33,089 nucleotides of DNA, from NCBI GenBank assembly GCA_039190745.1, contig JBCCXZ010000044.1, positions 1 to 33,089 on the forward strand. The letters are read 5' to 3'. Shown one piece after another: positions 8,262-16,199 of this stretch (the first letter of the stretch is position 1; each line of letters opens with the position of its first letter). The translations under genes were made by a program, and so were the position numbers. The notes under the pieces were generated by a model. It saw only the letters and a list, made by a program, of their open reading frames with translations, was not told where the DNA came from and did no database searches. This DNA comes from Planctomycetota bacterium. GTDB lineage: Bacteria; Planctomycetota; Planctomycetia; Pirellulales; Lacipirellulaceae.

Positions 8262-8837
8262 ATGGTTCGACGCCAACTACAGAAGCAGTTGGTTCAAGCC
8301 TGGGAACATGCCATTACCCAGGACTACTTGACCCAGAGGATCAACTCTGAACGGAGCCTGCAAGAGTCGTATTGGGCCTGCCTGAATCGGTTGCTTTCAC
8401 CGAAATCGCGCCGGATGTTCATCGAACCGCACCTCACGATTTCTACCTCAGACCATAGCAAGCGGTACTACCCTGACATTGTCATCTGCAACACGAAGCA
8501 AGTGATTGGCGTCGTCGAACTGAAGTACGAACCTCGGAAGCTTCCGAGTCTGAAGAAAGACATGGGTTCGCTAAGGGACATATCTGCTAATCGAGAACAC
8601 CTATCGATTACCAACAAACGCTTCCGAGGTCGTTCGATCGACGAAAGGCGCTATGATCTTCCAAGCAATGTTTTGTTTGTATGGGCAGGAGTTCATCGAA
8701 CGCCGGCCGATAGCTTTAGCAGTCCTAAGACCCCCCTCATGAGTGAAGGAATCGATGAACTCCGAGGCTGTTTCCTCGAACTGCACGCAGAGACATCCTC
8801 CAACGGGAACCCGAACGTGTTCTCCAGAAGCGGCTGA
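8262..8837 (+). CDS. Putative PD-(D/E)XK superfamily nuclease inserted between top6B and top6A
   Basis: Motif series SERSLQ ... FIE ... YPDIVI ... VVELKY ... KKD. Visibly lower GC and different codon usage than the flanking genes. Start set at ATG 8262 because the ORF extension to 8163 runs through top6B and the repeat arms. Confidence 0.7.
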   Translation: MVRRQLQKQLVQAWEHAITQDYLTQRINSERSLQESYWACLNRLLSPKSRRMFIEPHLTISTSDHSKRYYPDIVICNTKQVIGVVELKYEPRKLPSLKKDMGSLRDISANREHLSITNKRFRGRSIDERRYDLPSNVLFVWAGVHRTPADSFSSPKTPLMSEGIDELRGCFLELHAETSSNGNPNVFSRSG

Positions 8838-8868
8838 CGCTGATATCAGGTAGGTGTCTCGCCTGATC

Positions 8869-8895
8869 CTCTGCGCCTTTGCGTCTTTGCGAGAG
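8869..8895. repeat. Right 8-nt periodic repeat arm, inverted partner of 8232-8258
   Basis: Its reverse complement is ctct-cgcaaaga|cgcaaagg|cgcagag, the same 27-nt length and register as the left arm. Confidence 0.75.
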
Positions 8896-8922
8896 ACCGC
8901 TCCCATTAACTCACAAGATCTG

Positions 8923-10089
8923 ATGGCCAAGAAGAAAGCCCCCCGGAAGACCGGGACCGCCAAGAAGCCCGTCAAGAAAGTAAAACTCTCGGCGCGGGAC
9001 AAGAAGACGATGGACAGCCTCCGCGGGCTGGCCGACGGCGTGGTGAGCGCCGCGACCAAGAAGCGCGAGCCGCACGTCGATATCCCGTCACGAACACTGT
9101 CGAACATCAAATACAGCCCCCGCAAGCGGATCCTGGAGATGGGCTCCGGCAAGAACCGCCGGCAGTTGTTCGACCTCTCGCAGGCCAAGGCCTACATGCG
9201 CACCATGCTGGTCGCCAGCGGCTGCAAGCGGCTCATCGACGAGGGCAAGACCACCAGCCTCCGGGGTCTGTTCTACATGCTCAAGCACACGATCGAGGGC
9301 ACCAAAGAAAACACCTTCGACGAACAGAACGAGTGCGACACGATCATCGAAGACAGCGAGGTGCTGCTCGACTCTCTGCGGGAGGAGCTGCACCTCTACG
9401 CCGAGAACCGCGGGGCGATGGTCGGCAACATCACGTTCACCGACAAGGGCGACGAGATCAACTGCGCAAAGATGGGCTCGGGCGGCTACGCGATCCCCTC
9501 GATTTGCGAGCCCGAGATCATCAAACTCGACCGCAAGAAGTGCGACGCCAAGTTCATCCTGCACGTCGAAAAAGGCACGGTCTGGCAGCGGTTCAACGAA
9601 GACCGCTTCTGGGAGAAGCACAACTGCATCCTCACGCACGGCTCGGGTCAGCCGCCTCGCGGCGTGCGGCGGCTGCTCTACCGGATGCACAACGAGTTAA
9701 AGCTGCCGGTGTACTGCGTGCTCGATAACGATCCGTGGGGGTACTACATCTACAGCGTGATCAAGCAGGGCTCGATCAATTTGGCGTTCGAGTCGCAGCG
9801 GATGGCAATCCCCGAAGCGAAGTACCTGGGACTCCGCAGCATCGACTACGACCGCTGCGACCTCTCCGACGGGGTGAAGATCGCCCTGAACGACAACGAC
9901 CGCAAGCGGGCCAAGCAGGTCGCCAAGTACCCCTGGTTCGAGAAGAAGCGCAACTGGCAGCGCGAGATCGACCGGATGCTGAAGAACGACTTCAAGCTAG
10001 AAGTCGAGGCGCTGATCTCCAAAGATATCAGCTACGTCACCGAGACGTACGTCCCGGAGCGGCTCGAGGCTCAGGACTGGTTGGACTAG
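8923..10089 (+). CDS. top6A: DNA topoisomerase VI subunit A (Spo11-like)
   Basis: Catalytic Tyr motif TSLRGLFY, EQNECD, TOPRIM motifs HVEKGTVW, HGSGQP and DNDPWGYYI, and C-terminal KLEVEAL. Start set at ATG 8923 (the ORF track starts at 8854 and reads through the repeat arm). Confidence 0.97.
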   Translation: MAKKKAPRKTGTAKKPVKKVKLSARDKKTMDSLRGLADGVVSAATKKREPHVDIPSRTLSNIKYSPRKRILEMGSGKNRRQLFDLSQAKAYMRTMLVASGCKRLIDEGKTTSLRGLFYMLKHTIEGTKENTFDEQNECDTIIEDSEVLLDSLREELHLYAENRGAMVGNITFTDKGDEINCAKMGSGGYAIPSICEPEIIKLDRKKCDAKFILHVEKGTVWQRFNEDRFWEKHNCILTHGSGQPPRGVRRLLYRMHNELKLPVYCVLDNDPWGYYIYSVIKQGSINLAFESQRMAIPEAKYLGLRSIDYDRCDLSDGVKIALNDNDRKRAKQVAKYPWFEKKRNWQREIDRMLKNDFKLEVEALISKDISYVTETYVPERLEAQDWLD

Positions 10090-10095
10090 TCGCAC

Positions 10096-10515
10096 TCAGG
10101 CAAGGCCTACTCCTAATCCGAAGAAGTTGAGCGCCGCCCTGCCGAGAACGATCAGTCCAACTGCAGCCGCCCCCGCCGCGGTTACGAGCACGGCCCCGCT
10201 CGCGGCGTCGAGCGCATCGCGCACCAGGTCGTTTTTCTCGCGGACGGTTGCAACCGCAAGCCGCTCCAGCGCCGTGTTAAACAGCTCCGCGGCAAGCACA
10301 GTCGCAATGCATAGGAGCAACAGCCCCCACTCGACGAACGAGACCCGAAGAACAAACCCGGCCGCAATCACCAGTGCAGCGGCGAAGAAGTGGAAGCGGA
10401 AATGCCGCTCCTCACGGAAGGCCAAACGCACGCCCCGCACCGCGAAGCCAAAGCTCCGCACGGTGCGCGACCAGAAGCCGACGTTCTCGCCCGAGTCCCC
10501 GCTGGGTCGATTCAT
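10096..10515 (-). CDS. Diacylglycerol/undecaprenol kinase (DgkA) family protein
   Basis: SFGFAVRG..EERHFRFH, AELFNTALE and DAASGAVLV motifs; three hydrophobic helices. Confidence 0.88.
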   Translation of the reverse strand: MNRPSGDSGENVGFWSRTVRSFGFAVRGVRLAFREERHFRFHFFAAALVIAAGFVLRVSFVEWGLLLLCIATVLAAELFNTALERLAVATVREKNDLVRDALDAASGAVLVTAAGAAAVGLIVLGRAALNFFGLGVGLA

Positions 10516-10524
10516 ATCGCGTCC

Positions 10525-13500
10525 CTACCAGATGCCGAAGACGCCTTCGGGCGGCACCTCGATGCCGGTGGTCTTGGTCACCCGCAGGTCGGGTAGCGCC
10601 CGCGGCTCGATCAAGAATCGGAAACCCACGTTGTCCTTCGACTCGTCGATGTTCACGCCGATCGACGTGATGAACGATTCGCCGATGCGGGTGAACGCGA
10701 AGTTCTGACCGATGTTGCCCGCCGCACCGAAGTCGACCGCAAACCCAGCGGAGGTGATCCACTTCTCGCTGATTCGGTAGTTGTAACTGGCGAGCGCGAC
10801 CGTGCTGCTGATCGGCCCCTCGATTGAGCGGAGGCCGACCATGCCGTTGCCGCGGGAGGGTCGGTTGATCTCCACGCCGCCGTACACGGTCCGCAGTCCG
10901 TCGGCGAAGAAATCGGCTTCGCCGTTAGAGACCACCGTCAGGCGGTCGCCGACGTTCCAGCGGAGGTCGTAGTCGACCAGCCCGATATCTTCGCCGAAGT
11001 TGTCGCGGTCGGCCTTGGGGAAGTACGTGCCGTTTACGTCGACGGTGAGCCAGTCGACGATGTGCTGCCGGCCGGGGGCGCCTCGCTTGGTTTGCCAACG
11101 GTTCCTCATGCCGCCGCGTAGAGCCATCAGGTCGTCGGCAATCTCGGTGGTCGGGGCGGTTACCCAGCCCTGGATGCCTGAGCGGAACAGGCGGTTGCGG
11201 CGGTCGAACCTCAGACCGGTGACGGTCGGGTCGAGCGTCGGGTCCTGCACCCGGCGGAGGAACTCGTTGAGGTTCGTGTCGTCCAGCGGGTCGTAGAGCG
11301 GCAGGTCGGTGAAGTTCTCGTCGGAGTCGGCATAGGAGAACTCAGCGTCGAACAGCACCTTGTGGGCGAGGCCGTTCAGGTTGAACAGCGGGTCGCGGAC
11401 CTGCGGGAACACGGCCCCGGCCGGCAGGCTGGCCCGCACGCCGGTATGGATGTAGGCCCGTTGCAGTTCGTTGCCGGTGAGGTCCTCGCCCCATTGGGCC
11501 AACTCGCCGAGGCCGAACACCACCGCCTTCACGGGCCCGAGCTGCAGCGGCAGGTCGAGCTCCTGCCGGGTGACGAGCCGCTCGCCGTCGACGTCGGCTT
11601 CACCGGGCAGGGTCGTGAACTGGCTCGCCAGCGTAGCGTCGGTGGGCACGGTCGCGACATTCAGGTTGGCGTATCCGGCCTGGGAGTGTTCGAACCAGGT
11701 GAGCCGATCACCCAGCAAAGACTCGCCGAGCCAGTAATGGTCGGCCCGGGGCAGCCACTGCGTGTCGGTGAAGAATGGGTTTGCCTGCCCGTTGGCCTCG
11801 ATCGATACTGCGCGGTTGTCGACCAGCCGCTTTAGCCGCAGGCCGTTGCGTTGGTCTTTGTTCGTGTCCCATTCCTGCTCGTAGAACTGTTCGAGAAAGG
11901 TGCGGTCGCTAAGGTAGTTCACCTCGCCGGTCATCTCCCAGCCACGCCCGAGGATCTGCCGATGGTTGCCGAACAGGCGGAAGCGGTAGTCCTCTTCTGG
12001 CACGATGGCGGTGCGTCCGAGGCCGAGGTTGTCCAGGCCATCGTCGAAGATCCCCCAGAAGTCGACGAAGCCGTAGGCAGGCCCGCCGCCGAAACCGAAG
12101 AGCTGCGAGCGGTCGTATTGAAACGACGTGCCGTGCCCAATGCCCCGGTCGCTGAGGTAGTCGAGGCTCACCTGCCACTCGGTGCCTTCGAGCCGGCTGT
12201 CGAACCCTAACAGCTGGTAGGCGTCGAGGTCGGTCTCGATCTGCGTGCCGAAGATGCCGTCGTTTCCGACGCGGACCCGGTCGATCAGGAACGTGGGGTC
12301 CTGCAGATCCGTTGAGAACCGCGGCCAATAAAACAGCGGCAGGCCCCGCGCGCGGAGCACGTTGCCGCGGCTCGTAGCAAGTTGCGTACGAGTGGTGACC
12401 GGTTCGCCTGTCACCGGATCGAACACCGGGGCGCCCGTGAGCGGGTCGACCACCGCTTGGGGGACATCCTGGAAGGTGATGTCCCCCGCGGTGATTGCGT
12501 AGCCAGGCTCTTCCAACCGGCTGGTGGTGAGCAACGCGTCGGTCGCCGCAAACCGCGATTGGTCGAGCTGCCGGACGGCGGCGGCTCGCAACCGCACGAC
12601 GCCCTGGTAGTCGAAGTCCTCCGAGGGCGGCAGTGGTAGCAGCAGCTCGGCGTTCAGCAGCACGCCCACCTGCCGACGGGCGTCGTAAAACATGCGGTCG
12701 GCGTAGATCACCCGGTCGCCCTGGCGGAACTCGATGTTCCCCTCCATGTAGATTTCTAGCGGGGCGTCCTGGCTCTGGACGCCGACACCGGAGACGTCGC
12801 CCTGGATACCCGAGGTCCAGATCACAGCCCGGTCGGTTGAGATGTCAACTGTCCCGAGTTGAGGGCCCATGCCGGGGACGCCCGGGTTCGTAAGGCCGTC
12901 GATCAGCAGGCGGACGCCGCCGGTGACGATACCCGCGGTCTGCCCATCGGCGAGGTTCTTGGACTCGACCTGAAACGAGGTGCCGTTGCGGGAGAACGAC
13001 TGGATGCGACGGACGCCGGGCGGAAGCCCCAACTGCCCGTCAGGCGGGGGCAGCACCTCGGAGAACTGGGTCAACTCCATCTGCCGGTGGCGCTGCGGGT
13101 TGAACCGAGCCAAGCCGCGATCGTAGACAGCCGGCTTCTCGGCGGGCGGCTCGCCCGGCTCGGGGAGACGCAGCCGCAGCGGGGCGAGCGTTTGGAAGCG
13201 GTGGAACCACGTGGTAGCCGATTCACGGCCGAGCCGGCCGCCGGCATCCTCCGGAACCTTCTCGCCGCGGTAGTCCACCGTGACGGCGGCTACGGGCGAT
13301 CCCTCGAAGTAAGCGTTGACCTTCGTCGGGCTTTCGGTGCGGTCGATCCACACGACGCCCTCGGGCCCGCGTGCGTACGTCAGTCCTTGGTTGAGGTAGC
13401 AGTTGCCCTTCAGGTGCCAAACCTCGTAGACGCCCTGCTGCCAACGTGTGCAGTAGTCGGCAGCAAGCGTGATGCTCTGAGACGGGTCGGCGGCCGGACC

Positions 13501-13602
13501 GATCTCAGAGCCCAATACGGGGCGTGCTAAGCACAGGCTCAGCAGGAGTTGCAGGCACGCAAAGGCCCAGCGCAAGCGCACCCTTGGCGCGCGTACGGAC
13601 AC
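10525..13602 (-). CDS. LptD/OstA-like LPS-assembly outer membrane protein
   Basis: About 1000 aa with a signal-like N-terminus, an OstA-like segment (IYMEGNIEFRQGDRVIYADRMFYD), PLFYWPRFS, DYLSDRG, YLSDRTFLEQFY and amphipathic beta-strands. Start uncertain (GTG 13581 or 13602; ORF open to 13752). Confidence 0.8.
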   Translation of the reverse strand: MSVRAPRVRLRWAFACLQLLLSLCLARPVLGSEIGPAADPSQSITLAADYCTRWQQGVYEVWHLKGNCYLNQGLTYARGPEGVVWIDRTESPTKVNAYFEGSPVAAVTVDYRGEKVPEDAGGRLGRESATTWFHRFQTLAPLRLRLPEPGEPPAEKPAVYDRGLARFNPQRHRQMELTQFSEVLPPPDGQLGLPPGVRRIQSFSRNGTSFQVESKNLADGQTAGIVTGGVRLLIDGLTNPGVPGMGPQLGTVDISTDRAVIWTSGIQGDVSGVGVQSQDAPLEIYMEGNIEFRQGDRVIYADRMFYDARRQVGVLLNAELLLPLPPSEDFDYQGVVRLRAAAVRQLDQSRFAATDALLTTSRLEEPGYAITAGDITFQDVPQAVVDPLTGAPVFDPVTGEPVTTRTQLATSRGNVLRARGLPLFYWPRFSTDLQDPTFLIDRVRVGNDGIFGTQIETDLDAYQLLGFDSRLEGTEWQVSLDYLSDRGIGHGTSFQYDRSQLFGFGGGPAYGFVDFWGIFDDGLDNLGLGRTAIVPEEDYRFRLFGNHRQILGRGWEMTGEVNYLSDRTFLEQFYEQEWDTNKDQRNGLRLKRLVDNRAVSIEANGQANPFFTDTQWLPRADHYWLGESLLGDRLTWFEHSQAGYANLNVATVPTDATLASQFTTLPGEADVDGERLVTRQELDLPLQLGPVKAVVFGLGELAQWGEDLTGNELQRAYIHTGVRASLPAGAVFPQVRDPLFNLNGLAHKVLFDAEFSYADSDENFTDLPLYDPLDDTNLNEFLRRVQDPTLDPTVTGLRFDRRNRLFRSGIQGWVTAPTTEIADDLMALRGGMRNRWQTKRGAPGRQHIVDWLTVDVNGTYFPKADRDNFGEDIGLVDYDLRWNVGDRLTVVSNGEADFFADGLRTVYGGVEINRPSRGNGMVGLRSIEGPISSTVALASYNYRISEKWITSAGFAVDFGAAGNIGQNFAFTRIGESFITSIGVNIDESKDNVGFRFLIEPRALPDLRVTKTTGIEVPPEGVFGIW

Positions 13603-13781
13603 CGCGTTCGACGGTTGACCACTAATCAGCAAAACGGACGAGCTGCCTGCGGAAGAGGCTCGGGTGCGTCGACGCCCACACTCTGCACTTTTTTGTTTGC
13701 GGCGGCTCTTACGAGAGAGATCCGAAACGGGGTACAACGGCAGACGCAACAACTACTTACGGCAACGGAAAAGCGGCGGGG

Positions 13782-13811
13782 AGTATAGGAGCGGTGTTCT
13801 CAAAGGGTCAA
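13782..13811 (-). promoter_or_regulatory. Putative sigma70 promoter for lptD-dgkA
   Basis: Minus strand TTGACC (13811-13806), 18-nt spacer, TATACT (13787-13782). Confidence 0.6.
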
Positions 13812-13949
13812 GGCACGATCGAGCCAACAACCCCAACGTTAAGTGCTTACACTGTATGGCATTAGGGCGTCCATTGACGGTCACACTGATGCCCCGAACG
13901 CTAGCAGCTTAGCTTTTCCCGCCCTAGCCCGCCTCGTGCTTTCGCCCGT

Positions 13950-16199
13950 TTGAACTCAGCCGACGTGAATCCACCCGCCCACAAGTCGGCCCTCGAACTT
14001 TGGATCGACTACCGCTTTGTGCTTCTCGCCATCGGCGTGTTTGCGGCGCTCGGCGGCGGCTACGCCGGCATGGGCCTGCGCATGGACCGGTCGATTGAAC
14101 GCATGTTCGCCGACGACGACCCGACGCTGATTCCCTACCAGCGGCTGCAACGCGTCTTCGGCGAGAATGATTTGGTGATGATGGTCTTCGCCGAATCGAC
14201 CATCCGAGAGAAGAAGACCCGTGCCCGATTGGCGGCCACGGTCGCCGAAGCCCGGCGGGTTCCCGGCGTCGTCGAGGCGGTGTCGATCCTCGACCCTCCG
14301 TTCGCGGCGCAGTTCGGCGTGCCGGGCCCCGGGGAGCGGATGCGCGAGGCCTTCGCCGGATACACCCACAGCGCTTCGCTCGACGAACTGGGAATCGTAT
14401 GCCTCTTGCGTCGCCCCGAGCCCAACGACCCTTCGCGACGCGAGACGCTCAGCCAGCTGCGTGCGATCGCATCAACGCTCCCCTCCGGCACACTCGTTGG
14501 TGAAACCGTCTTGGTGCAGGAAGCGTTCGACCTGCTTGAGGCCGACGGCGTTCGGCTGAACACGTGGTGTTCGCTACTGCTCACGCTGGTGATCCTCGCG
14601 TGCTTCCGAAGCCTGCGCTGGGTGTTGCTCCCGTTGGTGGTCGTGCAGATCGCGTTGGCGATCACGCGGGGCACGCTTGCCTTGGCGGGCCTGCAGATGT
14701 CGATGGTCAGCTCGATGCTCTCGGCCATTGTCACGGTAGTGGGCGTGGCGACCGTCGTCCACGTGATCGTCCGTTACCGCGACGCGATCGCTTCGGGACA
14801 GTCGCCGGCAGAAGCGATGCGCAGCGCCGCCCGGCTGCTAGCGGCGCCGGTGACGGTGGCCTGCCTGACCGATGCGGCAGGGTTCGCATCGCTCACCATC
14901 TCACAGGTGGGGCCGGTCTACGACTTTGGCGTGATGATGGCGCTCGGCAGCCTCGCGGTGCTGTTGTCTGTGGCGCTCGCCACCCCGGCGATCGTCCTCG
15001 CTCTACCAAGTTCCACGAAGCCGGGTACCGCCGCCACCGACGATCGGCTCGCCGCCGGCCTCGGCGGGCTCTTGGCATGGTCGCTGCGGCATCGGCGGAG
15101 CCTCATCACAGCGGGCGTTTTGTTGTTGGCGCTCGGCGCCGTGGGCAGCACGCATATGCGACTTGAAACCAGCTTCATACGCAACTTCCGCTCCGACAGC
15201 CCGCTCGCCGAATCGTACGACTTCGTCGAAGACCGCTTTGGCGGAGCCGGAGTTTGGGACGTCATCCTACCAGCCACCGATGGTTTGAACGGAAAGTCAA
15301 CGCGAGAACTCTTAAACCTGGAAGCCGCTCTCCGAGAAAACTGCAAGGGGCTGACAAAAGTCCTCTCGCTGGCCACGGCGATCGACGCCGGAACGGGCGG
15401 GCTCCCTCGGGCAACGCTCGCGGCGAACCTGGCGGTCCGTACCAGCCTGAGTATCATGCGGAACCGCATCCCCGGTTTCACCAACACGCTGATCGGGACT
15501 GACCCCCTAGACGGCCGCACGTGGGTACGCGTGCTTCTACGCGCCCCCGAGCGCATGGGTACCGGAGAGAAAGCACAACTGATCCAGCGCGTTACCGAAA
15601 CAGCGATCGCCGCCGACCCCGAAGCGGAGATCACCGGGTACTATGTGCTGCTGACAAAGCTGATCGAAAGCCTGCTCAGCGACCAATGGACCACCTTCGC
15701 CGTAGCCATCGGCGCGATGTTCGTGATGATGCTGGTCGCGTTCCGGAGCGTGCCGCTCACGTTGGCGGTGCTTGTGCCCAACATCCTGCCGGTGCTCGTC
15801 TTGTTCGGGGCGATGGGCTGGTTGGGCGTGAAGGTGAATATGGGCGCGGCGATGATCGCCGCGGTGTCGCTCGGCCTCTCGGTCGACGGCTCGATCCACT
15901 ACGTGATGTCGTACCAGCGCTCCCGGCGGGCCGGGGCCGATGTCGGCGAGGCGCTCCGGCAGACGCAGAACACCGTCGGCCGCGCGGCGGTTTTCGCAAC
16001 CCTCGCATTAGTCGTGGGCTTCACCACTCTATGTCTCAGCGAGTTCATTCCCACCGTCTACTTCGGCACGCTGGTGAGCCTCTCGATGGTCGGCGGGCTG
16101 ATCGGCAATCTGATTGCGCTGCCGCTGCTTATTCACCTGGCCCACAAAGGCAACGAGGGCGGCTACGGAGCCGCCGCGGCGTCGGGGTTGAGCGAGTAG
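13950..16199 (+). CDS. MMPL/RND family membrane transporter
   Basis: Two repeats of one TM helix, a periplasmic loop and five TM helices; motifs TDAAGFASL, GLSVDGSIH and GFTTLCLSEF. Confidence 0.9.
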   Translation: MNSADVNPPAHKSALELWIDYRFVLLAIGVFAALGGGYAGMGLRMDRSIERMFADDDPTLIPYQRLQRVFGENDLVMMVFAESTIREKKTRARLAATVAEARRVPGVVEAVSILDPPFAAQFGVPGPGERMREAFAGYTHSASLDELGIVCLLRRPEPNDPSRRETLSQLRAIASTLPSGTLVGETVLVQEAFDLLEADGVRLNTWCSLLLTLVILACFRSLRWVLLPLVVVQIALAITRGTLALAGLQMSMVSSMLSAIVTVVGVATVVHVIVRYRDAIASGQSPAEAMRSAARLLAAPVTVACLTDAAGFASLTISQVGPVYDFGVMMALGSLAVLLSVALATPAIVLALPSSTKPGTAATDDRLAAGLGGLLAWSLRHRRSLITAGVLLLALGAVGSTHMRLETSFIRNFRSDSPLAESYDFVEDRFGGAGVWDVILPATDGLNGKSTRELLNLEAALRENCKGLTKVLSLATAIDAGTGGLPRATLAANLAVRTSLSIMRNRIPGFTNTLIGTDPLDGRTWVRVLLRAPERMGTGEKAQLIQRVTETAIAADPEAEITGYYVLLTKLIESLLSDQWTTFAVAIGAMFVMMLVAFRSVPLTLAVLVPNILPVLVLFGAMGWLGVKVNMGAAMIAAVSLGLSVDGSIHYVMSYQRSRRAGADVGEALRQTQNTVGRAAVFATLALVVGFTTLCLSEFIPTVYFGTLVSLSMVGGLIGNLIALPLLIHLAHKGNEGGYGAAAASGLSE

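Noticed and set aside
16163..16199. 37-nt overlap of the convergent MMPL and DUF4159 genes
   Set aside because: Short tail-to-tail overlaps are common in GC-rich genomes.
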